From Candidatus Hydrogenedentota bacterium (GTDB lineage: Bacteria > Hydrogenedentota > Hydrogenedentia > Hydrogenedentales > SLHB01), in assembly GCA_963674865.2 (NCBI GenBank), contig CAXXYE010000009.1:288001-352000 (forward strand): a DNA stretch of 64,000 nt, given 5' to 3'. Positions 1-10,018 of the stretch are shown one piece after another. The position numbers and the translations under genes are program-made. The first letter of the stretch is position 1. Every line of letters starts with the position of its first letter. The notes under the pieces were generated by a model, which searched no databases, was not told the DNA's origin, and worked only from the letters and a program-made list of their open reading frames with translations.

Positions 1-637
1 TCAGAAGTTGCCTGATAAGATCGGGGATGTCCGAAGGGCTTTTCGCGGTGTGGTCGGACCCCTCGATCTCGTGTGCGCCCCCGAAGCCATAGGCCGCTCC
101 GATGGCCAAGGCGCCATTGCGCCGCGCGGCGTCGACGTCATCGCGACGATCGCCAACCATCACCACCGGGCGAATGGAGATGCTCTCCATCACGCATCGC
201 ACCATGCTTGCCTTGCCTTCGTATCTGGTGCCGCGCGCGAGCACTGTCGCGAAGAAAGAACGAACTCCGTGGGCGTCCATGAACGTATCCACATACGCAT
301 CCGGCCCATTCGAGCACGCGGCAAGCGTGTGCCCCTGAGCGCCCAGACGCTCCAACATATCCGTCACGCCTGGATACAGCGCGCCTTCTTCACCTATCAG
401 CGCTAGTTCCAGCGTATTCGTCGCCTCGATGACGGCCGCGACCTGCTTCTCGGGACACTGCGCCGCCAGCCAGCCCTCGTATTCCTCCGCAGGTTTGCCG
501 AAAAACGATTCGATGGCGGAGGCCTCGGGAATCGGCAGGCCAAACGAATCGAATGTCCGCTGTACCGCCGGCACCGTCACGAGGTCTGCCCGGAAAAGTG
601 TGCCGTCAATGTCGAATATGATAAGAGCGCGTTGCAC
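1..637 (-). CDS. HAD-family hydrolase (phosphoglycolate phosphatase-like), 3' end runs off the window
   Basis: Manual minus-strand translation from GTG at 637 gives MQRALIIFDIDGTLF (HAD motif I DxDGT) ... CSNG ... MVGDRRDDV (motif IV). GGAG lies upstream. No in-frame stop before position 1, so it is absent from the ORF track. Confidence 0.85.
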   Translation of the reverse strand, partial: MQRALIIFDIDGTLFRADLVTVPAVQRTFDSFGLPIPEASAIESFFGKPAEEYEGWLAAQCPEKQVAAVIEATNTLELALIGEEGALYPGVTDMLERLGAQGHTLAACSNGPDAYVDTFMDAHGVRSFFATVLARGTRYEGKASMVRCVMESISIRPVVMVGDRRDDVDAARRNGALAIGAAYGFGGAHEIEGSDHTAKSPSDIPDLIRQLL

Positions 638-727
638 TTTTGCTGAATCTCCAAGCAGTTGGATGTGACGCGCGAATTCTAGCAGGAGTCGGTGGACGTG
701 TTACAGGGGTCGGGAATACGCCTAGCC

Positions 728-842
728 TTCTGACTCAGGATTGACCTTGCCTATCCGCAGAGGAAGAAACGCCAAGAAGAAGCGAAAAACTGGGACTGAC
801 ACAAGCGGAGCGAAGCGAAGACGTGTCTGTCCCTGCTTTTCG
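728..842. repeat. ~115-bp dispersed REP-like element, copy 1
   Basis: Closely matches 46282-46396 (ttctgactca..ttgcctatccgcag..gggactgac.caagcggagcgaagcgaagacgtgtctgtccctg.ttttcg). Internal inverted repeat gggactgacac/gtgtctgtccc at 792-833. Confidence 0.85.
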
Positions 843-1004
843 CCCTGTTTTTTCCGGCAAAAATGAGACGCCATCAGTATGAGTCATACCTCTAGGTCGT
901 GGGCGCCCGCCGCAGCGTTTGCATGGGCCGTGGCGTTCCTGTTGAAATGGTGCGCAGCCGCCGGAGCCATTCCACTCCGCATGCGAGGGGAGCAAAGGAA
1001 AGTC

Positions 1005-2432
1005 ATGCAATACAAGATCCCTGAGCTTTCTGCCGCCATCGAGGAGGCTGGCGCCAGCTTCAATGCATTGTTTCAGGAGCCTCGCGACGGCGCCTTGGCG
1101 ATCCGCGCCACGCTCCACCAGGCGATCCTTGACGCCTACGTGCGCCTCCTGGCCTGTATCCGCTCGGAACTCCAGGCGCTCGGCCAAGATACTTCCGAGG
1201 CGAGCCGCTATTTCCTCCACAACGGCGACGCGCCGGACTCCATCGACTACATGAACCGCCTCGCGGACGGCAGCCACGGCCGGCCTTTTGCGCAATGCCT
1301 TCAGGAGGCTGTATGGGACGCCGTGCGCGGCCGGTGGCCCCTCGATGAGGCGGGCGATGCGCTGGCCCAAGACCCTGTTCTTATCCATGTGCTACAGCAT
1401 GCCGCCCGCCTCTTCAAACGGGCGCTCGCGGCGCCGGAAGCGTATATGCGATTCCTCGCAGAGCATGTGCCCAGCACACCTGCCGGGCTCGCGCCGCGTC
1501 TCGATCCGCGCGGCCTCGGACAATTCGATGCAAGACATACCTTGGAAGGTGTGCCCATCGAAGCGCTCACCGCCGAGGATCTCCAAGGTATCAAGGACTC
1601 GCTCAAGGCCCTCGATGATTTCGCCACGGGCCGCACCTTCCGCGCCGTCGGACGCGCCGTCATCCCCTGCGCCGTCGGCGATATCCGCAAACTCCAGGAT
1701 TTCTACGGCTACAAGGCGGAACGCCGCTTCTTCGCCGACCACTTCAGCGCCTTTGCGACAGGCGGGAAGGTGGATCCCCTGCTCCTGCAGGGATTGCCCG
1801 GCGTCGGCAAGACACACCTCACCATCGCCTACGCGCTATCTCGCCCCGAGATCATCCTCATCCACGCCGAACAAGAGCAGCTTCAAGACGACCTCGAATC
1901 CATTATCGACTACCTTCGCCGCTTTCATTACCGGCGGTTTGTGTTGTTCTTCGATGATGTCGACCCCGAGCGCGTTGAGTGGTCCATGTTCCGGCATCAG
2001 GTGGACGGCTACCTGCCGTACGCCACCAATGTCGCCATTGTCATCGCGTCCAACTACGACTTCCCCGCCCGAATTCGGAGCCGCTGCTTGGCCCACGACT
2101 TCCGCCCCATGGATCCGGACGTCTGCGAGGAGTTCGTGGCCGATTACCTTTTCAAGCACAAGGGCATCCGCTGCGAGGACGAAACGCTTCTATCCGGACT
2201 CGTCTCAACCATTGCCTGCGACTTCGTTCACGAGTACCGCAACGGCCCGCTCAACGAGTTGAGCCCGCGGAGCATTGCCCGCTACTTCGACATGCTCGAC
2301 GCCCGCCCTCAGCGCATGAAGGGACTCATATCAAAGGCCGGGATGGGCATTATCCAGTTGCCGGACGAGGATACCTTCATCGAGTCCGCAAGACGTATTC
2401 AGGAGATGCTCCAGGAGGAACGTGAAGAGTGA
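1005..2432 (+). CDS. AAA+ ATPase, DUF815-like, with N-terminal extension
   Basis: Walker A GLPGVGKT, Walker B RRFVLFFDD, sensor-like IASN. ATG at 1005 has AGGAA upstream; the ORF is open from 879. Confidence 0.65.
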   Translation: MQYKIPELSAAIEEAGASFNALFQEPRDGALAIRATLHQAILDAYVRLLACIRSELQALGQDTSEASRYFLHNGDAPDSIDYMNRLADGSHGRPFAQCLQEAVWDAVRGRWPLDEAGDALAQDPVLIHVLQHAARLFKRALAAPEAYMRFLAEHVPSTPAGLAPRLDPRGLGQFDARHTLEGVPIEALTAEDLQGIKDSLKALDDFATGRTFRAVGRAVIPCAVGDIRKLQDFYGYKAERRFFADHFSAFATGGKVDPLLLQGLPGVGKTHLTIAYALSRPEIILIHAEQEQLQDDLESIIDYLRRFHYRRFVLFFDDVDPERVEWSMFRHQVDGYLPYATNVAIVIASNYDFPARIRSRCLAHDFRPMDPDVCEEFVADYLFKHKGIRCEDETLLSGLVSTIACDFVHEYRNGPLNELSPRSIARYFDMLDARPQRMKGLISKAGMGIIQLPDEDTFIESARRIQEMLQEEREE

Positions 2433-2470
2433 CCTTACTGCGATTCCGCCGCGGACGGCCCCGTGGCCCG

Positions 2471-3262
2471 CTACCGCGGCGACATGAGTTCCCGCCAATT
2501 CTCGGGCAGGTACCGGGCCTGATCGGAGGGATCGTCGTAGGCAATGCCTTGTGGGCGGTACGGCAGATTCAAGCCCGCCCACCGGCTGGCGGCCATGCTC
2601 GTCACCGAGCCATCCAGCCAGAGCACATTTTCAGGCCCAGGAATGTGATTGGGAAAGACCCCCCTAAGGCCCGCGGAGAACAGAGGCGACTGAGACTGAT
2701 TGTATTCCGTCAAGCCGCCATTCAGATCCCACATGATGGGCACTCTCGGCATGGGGCCATCAGGCGGCGGAACGGTGATGGGGGCCTTCGTGTAGGCGCC
2801 GAAGTAGTCGTAGCTGCTGCGATAGCTTCCGTGCGCCTCAATATAAGCGTTGTCGAACCGGAGCACGCCGCTGTTCCCGATCATCAACATCTCCGGGGGA
2901 TCATCGCCGTCGCTGGGGCAGAAGAACAGCCGCGCCTCGGAAACGTAGTCCAGGTAGAATCCCTCGAGACAGTCCGCGTTTCCCCCTCCCTCGCTCCAGG
3001 GAAGCTGCCCGTTGTGCTCCTCAGCATAGAGCCACATGGCCGTGCCGAGTTGCGACAAATTGGCCATACAGGCCACCCGTCGTCCGTGTTCACGACACTT
3101 CGCCAAGGCGGGCAAGAGCATCGACGCGAGGATGCCAATGATGGCGATCACGGCCAGCAGCTCAATAAGCGTGAAGCCGCCCGCCCGGCTTGGGCAATGG
3201 GGCCTGTATGTCACTGTGCCCGCCTTCTTGTGCTTTGCCGGCAGACTGCCAAACACATTCAT
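2471..3262 (-). CDS. Prepilin-type N-methylation protein, DUF1559/H-X9-DG type
   Basis: [46 protein letters not shown], and C-terminal [16 protein letters not shown]. Confidence 0.85.
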   Translation of the reverse strand: MNVFGSLPAKHKKAGTVTYRPHCPSRAGGFTLIELLAVIAIIGILASMLLPALAKCREHGRRVACMANLSQLGTAMWLYAEEHNGQLPWSEGGGNADCLEGFYLDYVSEARLFFCPSDGDDPPEMLMIGNSGVLRFDNAYIEAHGSYRSSYDYFGAYTKAPITVPPPDGPMPRVPIMWDLNGGLTEYNQSQSPLFSAGLRGVFPNHIPGPENVLWLDGSVTSMAASRWAGLNLPYRPQGIAYDDPSDQARYLPENWRELMSPR

Positions 3263-3269
3263 CCTCCCG

Positions 3270-3716
3270 TCACCGCCTTAACCGCTTGAACTCGCGCCAA
3301 CACAGTTCCCGCATGTCGCCGGAGCGACTGAAGGCCGTCTCCGCCGTCACGCGTGTCCGCGCGATCACGAAGTCGTCCCCAAGAAGCTCGCCCGTCGACA
3401 CGATCTGATAAGTTCGAGGGCCTTCACGCGGCACGACCTCGACGGAGAACCGGCCATGGCCGAGAGGCGTGTCGGCCTCGCCCCGGTAGCCATCCGGCCC
3501 GCGGCCAAGTTCCGCCAGGGCCTTCTCGATTCCAGCCTCGGCTAGCGCCCCCGCCGCCTCGTGGCCCTCGGCCCGTGTCTCCGCCGACAATGCCCGGTTC
3601 AACAGCGTTAGGAACGTGCCTGCCGTCAACATCAGGATGGCCAGATAACCCAGTGCAAGATAGAGAGCGACGCCATTACTCTCACGCCGCGCGCCCGGTT
3701 TCGCGAACCCGCCCAT
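3270..3716 (-). CDS. PilX/GspK-like minor pilin
   Basis: [15 protein letters not shown] without Glu5, as typical of PilX/GspK, and [13 protein letters not shown]. Start moved to the ATG at 3716 to avoid overlap with the upstream gene. Confidence 0.7.
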   Translation of the reverse strand: MGGFAKPGARRESNGVALYLALGYLAILMLTAGTFLTLLNRALSAETRAEGHEAAGALAEAGIEKALAELGRGPDGYRGEADTPLGHGRFSVEVVPREGPRTYQIVSTGELLGDDFVIARTRVTAETAFSRSGDMRELCWREFKRLRR

Positions 3717-3718
3717 GG

Positions 3719-4306
3719 CTATCGCCTCCCGCCGGGCGCGACGCCCCTCGGCGTGGCGCAGAATCGATGCAGTGTCGGCGGCCGGCCCTCTGGCCGCGTG
3801 TGGTGCGTTTCGAGTTCGAGTGCCACCAAACAACGAGGGGAACCGGGCTCTCCCTCATAGGTGAACCGGACGCAGTCAAAAAACCGCTCGTGTGTAATGA
3901 TCTCCCCGATCTCGTATCCCGACGCTCCTTGCGTCGCCACCAGTTTCGCCACGCGGCCTGGTTTCCCCAGGACGCCGAACACGACGGCGCGCGCCGCGCC
4001 ATCATCCCTCGGCGGAAGTCCAAGTACCACCTGCTCCGCCCCGGTTCGGTGCGGCCCGAAAGCACTGAGTATCCCGGACGATGCGCGCACGGTGTCCGTG
4101 AAGTCACGCTGGATCGCCTCCATCTGGCTGAATCGCTCGACGGCGGACGTCGCGCGTTGCGAAAGGCGCACGCTGCTGACGAACGTCCCCGCCGCCAGAT
4201 TGATGAGCACGCCCAGCACCGCGATGCAACCCAGCAATTCAATGAGAGTTATCCCAAGGACGGCGCCGCGCGCGCGTCGATTGACATTCGAGCGCCCGTC
4301 CCTCAT
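3719..4306 (-). CDS. Minor pilin/pseudopilin (PilW/GspJ-like)
   Basis: G|ITLIELLGCIAVLGVL class III signal. Confidence 0.75.
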   Translation of the reverse strand: MRDGRSNVNRRARGAVLGITLIELLGCIAVLGVLINLAAGTFVSSVRLSQRATSAVERFSQMEAIQRDFTDTVRASSGILSAFGPHRTGAEQVVLGLPPRDDGAARAVVFGVLGKPGRVAKLVATQGASGYEIGEIITHERFFDCVRFTYEGEPGSPRCLVALELETHHTRPEGRPPTLHRFCATPRGVAPGGRR

Positions 4307-4734
4307 GAGGTCCTATCCCCTATCAACGTAACCATGGACTTCTCGATTCTGCGCCCGTGCTCGCCCGTCCAAACGACGCGCACCGTCACCTCCTTTAGAC
4401 GGAGCGCGCTGTCCCCGTAGTCGCTGATGGTAACGGACGGTCGCGCGTTCACCAGCGTCGCCAATTGCGGCGTCTCGCTCACGAAAGCCCCCTGGGCGAC
4501 GTTCTCCAGAGCGGCGTAGGGCCGGGCCCGCAAGGTTTCGAGTTCATTCTCGATGGCGCCCAAAGCGATGCTCGACTCCCGCAACGCCTCCAGTTTGGCC
4601 GTGCCGAAGTTGTACATCACGATCACGCCAAAGAGCCCCACCATCAGGATCGAGAACGCGACGGTAAGCTCCATAAGCATGAAGCCCGCTTGTCTACGCG
4701 TTACCATTCCCGCCTCTCCGGGCCTGTGAATCAT
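4303..4734 (-). CDS. Minor pilin/pseudopilin (PilV/GspI-like)
   Basis: G|FMLMELTVAFSILMVGL, ENELETLRA and KEVTVRVVW. The start may be a few codons downstream. Confidence 0.75.
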   Translation of the reverse strand: MIHRPGEAGMVTRRQAGFMLMELTVAFSILMVGLFGVIVMYNFGTAKLEALRESSIALGAIENELETLRARPYAALENVAQGAFVSETPQLATLVNARPSVTISDYGDSALRLKEVTVRVVWTGEHGRRIEKSMVTLIGDRTS

Positions 4735-4767
4735 CCTGTCATGCCTTCCTCGTGCCGCCTTCGCCGC

Positions 4768-6096
4768 CTACGCCACCGGCAGCACGCGCCGGAGTTCCTC
4801 GAGCGTCGTCGCGCCTTGCCGGGCCTTTTCTATCCCGTTCTCCGTCAACGTCACCATGTGATCGCGCAACGCCGCCTCGTGCAGTGTCTTCGTTCGCGGC
4901 CGCGACAAGATCAAATCGGCGAGTTCCTCGTTCATCGTAAGCATCTCGCCGATGGCCGTCCGCCCGTGATAGCCGATATCCTGGCATTGCGGGCAACCCG
5001 TCCCATGGGCAAAATGCACGTCCGTCTCGTCCGCCAGACCGAAATGCCTCACCAATGCTTCATGGGGCTCGTAGGGCGCGGAGCAGTCCGGGCAGTTCAA
5101 GCGCACCAGCCGCTGCGCCAGCACGCCGTTTACCGATGACGCCACGAGGAACGGCTCGACGCCCATGTCCAAGAGGCGCGTGAACACCCCCGCGGCCGTC
5201 CCGCTGTGGATGGTGCTGATCACCAGGTGCCCCGTCAGTCCGGCCTGGATGGCCGTCCGGGCCGTTTCCGGATCGCGGATCTCGCCCACCATGATCACTT
5301 CGGGATCCTGCCGCAGCATCGCCCGCAAAGCGGCTTCGAAGGTGAAGCCGGCATGCGGGGCCACTTGCGCCTGCGCAATCGTGCCCAGCGGATACTCGAC
5401 GGGATCCTCGATGGTGACGATGTGGGCTGAAGGCACGCGCGTGGCCATCATCTCGCGCAGCAGCCCGTAGATGGTGGTCGTCTTGCCGCTCGAACTCGGC
5501 CCGGTGAGCAGGATGGTTCCCTGGGGGCGCGAGATCAGCTCTCGCAGCGCGCCAATTACCTCCGCGCGGAAACCGAGTTGATCGAGCGCGAGCAGGTCAT
5601 GCCGCGCGCCGAGAATGCGCAGCACCGTCTTCTCGCCATAGATCGTCGGAAACGTCGAAACGCGCATCGCCTGGCCGCATCGCGTCCCGTCGTTGGGGAT
5701 GCTGCCGTCCTGCGGTTTGTCTTTCTGATACACCACCATTCTCGCGAGCACCTTGATGCGCGCGATAATCTTCTCCTGATCGTATTTCGGCAGCCGCGCA
5801 ATATCGTGAAGAATGCCGTCGATGCGGTAGCGCAGCGCCAGGCAGTCCTCCCACGGCTCGAAGTGAAGATCGCTTGCCCGGTGGTACGCCGCCTGCGTGA
5901 TCGCCACGTCCACCGCGTTGACAACATCCCCGTCATCGCCCTCAAGTTCCGTCAGCAGCGCCGGCTCGATGTCTTTCAACGGCAGCGGCTGCGAGGGCTC
6001 CGGCGCTTCCGGTTTTTGCTTCTTGCGAAATCGTAACGCGGCCATTAATCCATGTGTCCTCCGCTTCCGCTCGTCATCCTGTGCTGTGCTCCTCAC
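4768..6096 (-). CDS. gspE: GspE/PilB-family assembly ATPase
   Basis: ASDLHFEP, Walker A GPSSSGKTTT, TIEDPVE, LRQDPEVIMVGEIRD, TGHLVISTIH, and Zn motif CPDC...CPQC. Start uncertain. Confidence 0.9.
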   Translation of the reverse strand: MRSTAQDDERKRRTHGLMAALRFRKKQKPEAPEPSQPLPLKDIEPALLTELEGDDGDVVNAVDVAITQAAYHRASDLHFEPWEDCLALRYRIDGILHDIARLPKYDQEKIIARIKVLARMVVYQKDKPQDGSIPNDGTRCGQAMRVSTFPTIYGEKTVLRILGARHDLLALDQLGFRAEVIGALRELISRPQGTILLTGPSSSGKTTTIYGLLREMMATRVPSAHIVTIEDPVEYPLGTIAQAQVAPHAGFTFEAALRAMLRQDPEVIMVGEIRDPETARTAIQAGLTGHLVISTIHSGTAAGVFTRLLDMGVEPFLVASSVNGVLAQRLVRLNCPDCSAPYEPHEALVRHFGLADETDVHFAHGTGCPQCQDIGYHGRTAIGEMLTMNEELADLILSRPRTKTLHEAALRDHMVTLTENGIEKARQGATTLEELRRVLPVA

Positions 6097-6101
6097 ACCT
6101 T

Positions 6102-7256
6102 CTACATCATCCAGTCCAGAATCGTCGTCATAAACTCAAATATGCCCGCTGTCACAATGAGTGAGATGCATCCTAATCCGAACACACCCAGCGGCATGAC
6201 GGTGTCGATCAAGATCCGCTGAGCCTTGGCCACGTCCCGCTCGTAGAGGTCCGCGATCCGCCGGAAGCCCTCGTCGAGCTGCCCCGACCTTTCGCCAAGG
6301 CCCACCAGTGCGCTGAAAGCTCTCGGCAGGCTGGGCATGTTGCTCTCGAAGGCGGCGTATACCGATTGGCCCGCGCGTACGGACGTCCTGACTCGCTCGA
6401 GCCCACGCGCATGCCGAGGCATGATATCCAAGTCCATCGCACTCGTCAGCGCACGATCCACCGGCACGCCGGCCCGTACCAACTTCTCCATAACCGAGGC
6501 CACTCGGCAGAGGTCGCGCTTGATCACCATTCCCCTTAGAAACGGTACCAGCATGCCTACGGCCAGCAATCCATGGCGGATTACGCTTCGCCCCCGTATC
6601 GACTTGCAGGGAATTGCGAGGATAATCCCCGCCGTTGCCAGGCATATGAGCAGGGCGGGCCGCGCAGCCAAGTACCGAAACCGCGCGCCGGCATCCAGCA
6701 GGAACTGCAGTTTTCCGGGAACACGCGTCCCGACCTCTTGGAGCATTTGGGCGAATACGGGCGCGGTTCGAGTGCATGTGAAGAGCGCCAGCAGACACTG
6801 AATGAACAGGACGGTGAACAGGTAGCCCAGCCAGCCCGCAACAGATTGGCTCAGTGTCATGCGCCGCGTCACTTCGTCCGCCAATTCGTCCAGGCTCTCG
6901 CCCAGCCGGCCCGAATGCTCCCCGGCCTCAACGAGCTCCGCATAGTAACTCGGGAAGAAGCGAGGTAAACGACGCATCGCTGCCGACAGCGAATCCCCTG
7001 CCTCGATAGTGTCATGGAGCCTTTCCAGAATGGCCTGCATGCCTGACCCCGGCGCATCCAGGGCCGCGGCCTGCAAGCCGCCCGCCAGGGGCGCGTTTGC
7101 TCGCACGATGGATGCGAGCTGAGCGATGACCTTCAGCAGATCCTTTCTGCGTCGGCCGGAGCGCCAATACCGCGGCCCTTGCCAGGAGGGCCTCTTGCGC
7201 CGGCCGCCGAAGAGCCAGGCGCCGAGGTCGGTTTTCAGTATTGCTCGCCAGTTCAT
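6102..7256 (-). CDS. gspF: GspF/PilC-family platform protein (divergent copy)
   Basis: G.SLSAAM...FPSYYAELVEAGEHSGRL and GERSGQLDEGF; three TM segments. Confidence 0.85.
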   Translation of the reverse strand: MNWRAILKTDLGAWLFGGRRKRPSWQGPRYWRSGRRRKDLLKVIAQLASIVRANAPLAGGLQAAALDAPGSGMQAILERLHDTIEAGDSLSAAMRRLPRFFPSYYAELVEAGEHSGRLGESLDELADEVTRRMTLSQSVAGWLGYLFTVLFIQCLLALFTCTRTAPVFAQMLQEVGTRVPGKLQFLLDAGARFRYLAARPALLICLATAGIILAIPCKSIRGRSVIRHGLLAVGMLVPFLRGMVIKRDLCRVASVMEKLVRAGVPVDRALTSAMDLDIMPRHARGLERVRTSVRAGQSVYAAFESNMPSLPRAFSALVGLGERSGQLDEGFRRIADLYERDVAKAQRILIDTVMPLGVFGLGCISLIVTAGIFEFMTTILDWMM

Positions 7257-7287
7257 CGGTTCTTCCAGGCTTTTCCCTCGTTCGTCA

Positions 7288-8499
7288 TCACAGGAATGCG
7301 CTCGATAGACTGAACAGCGGCAGGTACAGAGACACTACAATGAAGCCGACTGCCAAGCCGACGGCGAATATCACGACCGGCCCCATGGTGGCGGCGAGAA
7401 GTCGTTGGTGCCGGTTTACCTCTCTCTCGTAGGCTTCCGCAAGACTCAGCAGCGCGTTTTCCGGCTCGCCGCGGCTCTCCCCTGTGGCCAGCAGCCAGCA
7501 GAAACTGTGATCGAATACACCCGTAGCCGCCAGTGCATCCGCCAGCGCATTTCCCCTCGCGACTGCTTGCGTAGCCTTCTGAATGGCTTCGTCGATCACC
7601 GCATTTCCCGAAGCCGCCGCCGCCAGGTCCAGACTCTCTGCTACCGGCACGTGGCCCCCAAGCAGCAGCCCGAGCGAACGGCTGAAACGCGCCATAGAGA
7701 CGCCCTTGAACACACGTGAAAAGCCTGGAACGCGGAGTTTCAGCCGATCAAGCACGTACCGCCCCCGCCGCGATCGCAGCGCCCGCCTGCGCATCACCAT
7801 CAGGAGTGTCACGGACGCGCAGGCTACTACGGCAACGGCAAGGCCGTTGTTATGTAGATCCCTTGCGAGGTTTATCGTCAATTGCGTCGGGGCAGGCAGG
7901 CCCCTGCCGAATTCCCAGTAGACTTCCTCAAGAACAGGAACCACCCGCAAGAGCAGGAAACCTACCACCAAGCACGTAACGGCGAGCACGACCACCGGAT
8001 AGGCCATCGCCTCCTGCGCCAGATTCTTGATCTCCACCATCCGGCCGGAGTAGGCGGACAGAAGCGACAGAACGCCCGAGAGATTGCCCGTTCGCTCCCC
8101 GGCTCGTAGGATGCTGACGTAGACGGGAGTGAAACTCTCCGGATGTTTCGATATGGCCTCCTCGAGCGTCAAGCCCCGCTCGAGATCGTGTCCCACTTCT
8201 TCGATGATCCGCCTGAGTCGCTTGTTCCCCAAGTCCTGCGCCAACGCCGCAAGCGACGGCGCAAGAGGCAGCCCGCCCTTCACGATAGCCAACAACTGAT
8301 CGTTAAAGAGCGCAAGATCTTCCCACGTGAGGCGCCTCTTCCGTTGTGGGATGCCCAGGCGTCCGACTTCATCGACGGACGTTACTTCAAAGCCGCGCTC
8401 CCGAAGCGTCCGAACCAGATCCTGGGCGGAGCCGGCCTCCGTGGTTCCCCCGTCGGCTCTGCCGTCCGGTGTCGTGACGCGATATCGGTAGCGGGCCAT
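7288..8499 (-). CDS. gspF: GspF/PilC-family platform protein
   Basis: MARYRYRV N-terminus, HPESFTPVYVSILRAGERTGNL, AMAYP, GESRGE, SLYLPLF. Confidence 0.9.
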   Translation of the reverse strand: MARYRYRVTTPDGRADGGTTEAGSAQDLVRTLRERGFEVTSVDEVGRLGIPQRKRRLTWEDLALFNDQLLAIVKGGLPLAPSLAALAQDLGNKRLRRIIEEVGHDLERGLTLEEAISKHPESFTPVYVSILRAGERTGNLSGVLSLLSAYSGRMVEIKNLAQEAMAYPVVVLAVTCLVVGFLLLRVVPVLEEVYWEFGRGLPAPTQLTINLARDLHNNGLAVAVVACASVTLLMVMRRRALRSRRGRYVLDRLKLRVPGFSRVFKGVSMARFSRSLGLLLGGHVPVAESLDLAAAASGNAVIDEAIQKATQAVARGNALADALAATGVFDHSFCWLLATGESRGEPENALLSLAEAYEREVNRHQRLLAATMGPVVIFAVGLAVGFIVVSLYLPLFSLSSAFL

Positions 8500-8993
8500 T
8501 ATCTCTCCTCCAGCGATTGGGCGCCCAAGTTGCGCTCTATCTGTATGCGCCTGTCCAGCGCCGGCCAGAATACCGTGGGGCGTATCCGCTCAACGTACGC
8601 CCCGCTGTCCGAGAAATCCTCATTCCACGATGGCGGGCCCAGGCGCTCCACATGAAACGCGAGATGTCCCAGCAGGCTGAAAGTCATCACCAGCATGGCC
8701 GCAACCGCTAGCCGGCGGACCACGTGGCCGAAGAGAATCCGGCGCGCATGCCGCCTCAAAGACAGCTGTCGAGCATCCTCATTCATGGAGGCGCGGAGCT
8801 CTTCGAAGCGGTTCTCCGGACAAGGGTGCTGCGATGCCGCGCGGCAAAGCGCCAGCAGTTGCTCGAGCTCGTCGTGCTGCTCGCGGCATAGATAACACGA
8901 GGCCAGATGCTCACACACCTCGGCTTGCCTCGCCTGCGATAGCTCGCCTTCGATGTACTCGGGGAGATCCCTCCGGACCTCTCTACAGTGCAT
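8499..8993 (-). CDS. zf-HC2 (ZAS) anti-sigma factor with TM helix
   Basis: MHC...YIEGELS...EHLASCYLC (HxxxCxxC) followed by a TM helix; lies directly downstream of an ECF sigma gene. Confidence 0.85.
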   Translation of the reverse strand: MHCREVRRDLPEYIEGELSQARQAEVCEHLASCYLCREQHDELEQLLALCRAASQHPCPENRFEELRASMNEDARQLSLRRHARRILFGHVVRRLAVAAMLVMTFSLLGHLAFHVERLGPPSWNEDFSDSGAYVERIRPTVFWPALDRRIQIERNLGAQSLEER

Positions 8994-9026
8994 GATTCGT
9001 TTCCTCGATCGTTCGTGCCGCTTCGT

Positions 9027-9710
9027 TCATAACACCATGATGCCCCGCAGGATTTGGCGCAGCTTCCCGATTGCCAGAATCCTGCGTGAGCGAACGGTGT
9101 TCGCGGGACAATCCATCACGGCCGCAATCTCGTCCAGCGAAAGGCCCTGAACTGTCCGCAGCACGAACGCCATACGCTGCTCCTCCGGCAGGGCCGATAA
9201 CGCGTCAAGAACGTGCGCCTCGAGTTCCGAGCTGATAGCCGCCCTGTCGGGCCGGCATGCCGCCTTGTCCGGTAGCTCGTCCCAGGACACGGCATCCACG
9301 CGCATCAGCCCGTTCCGCCATGCCTTCATGGCCGCCCGTCGCTTCTCGCGCCAAACATACCGGGCAAACGTGAAAAGATACGCGGCAAAAGAGCCCGTCG
9401 CCTCGTAGCGCTTCCTCAACTTCCAGATTCGCAGGAATGTTTCCTGGCAGAGGTCCGCCGCCGTCTCCGGTTCCCGGGACATGGCGTAGAAGAAGCTCAA
9501 CACCTTCCGGTAGTACCGGCCGTAAAGGAGCGCGAAGGCCGCCTCCTCGTCCTCCCGTGCACGTAGCATCAGAGACACGTCGGACGGCATTGCGCCGCCG
9601 GCGTCCCCATTCGTGGTGTGCCGCGGGTAGGTGCCAGCCGTCACTCGAGCCCCTTTCTCGTTGGACATATGGCGCTTTTCCCGTCCAGCGATCAAAGAGC
9701 GCGTTCTCAT
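9027..9710 (-). CDS. ECF sigma-70 factor
   Basis: AFALLY.RY, AADLCQETFLRIW (region 2), LPEEQRMAFVL...GLSLDEIAAVMDCPANTVRSR (region 4). The true start may be downstream. Confidence 0.9.
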   Translation of the reverse strand: MRTRSLIAGREKRHMSNEKGARVTAGTYPRHTTNGDAGGAMPSDVSLMLRAREDEEAAFALLYGRYYRKVLSFFYAMSREPETAADLCQETFLRIWKLRKRYEATGSFAAYLFTFARYVWREKRRAAMKAWRNGLMRVDAVSWDELPDKAACRPDRAAISSELEAHVLDALSALPEEQRMAFVLRTVQGLSLDEIAAVMDCPANTVRSRRILAIGKLRQILRGIMVL

Positions 9711-10018
9711 AGACGACCTCCCGATCCGGCCTTGCCCCTCTTGAGGTCATTCTACTCCAGAAGCGCCCGCCATGCACCCGCCGGACCACCTTTCCCGGAC
9801 AGCCGGGCGCGCCGCTTTTCGCCGTACGCTTTGCGCATGGTACAATGCCCCTCGGAATGCGAAGGACGTTCCAAGGGTGCGACCAGAAAGCCACCGGATA
9901 ATGGAGACTGAGCATTTTGGGTGCTGACACAGAGAGACTTATAAGCGCTTTCTGTCCGCCCGACTCCAGGAACCGCACTTTCTGGCCAAATTCCTAGATG
10001 ATCCCGGGGCACAAGTGC

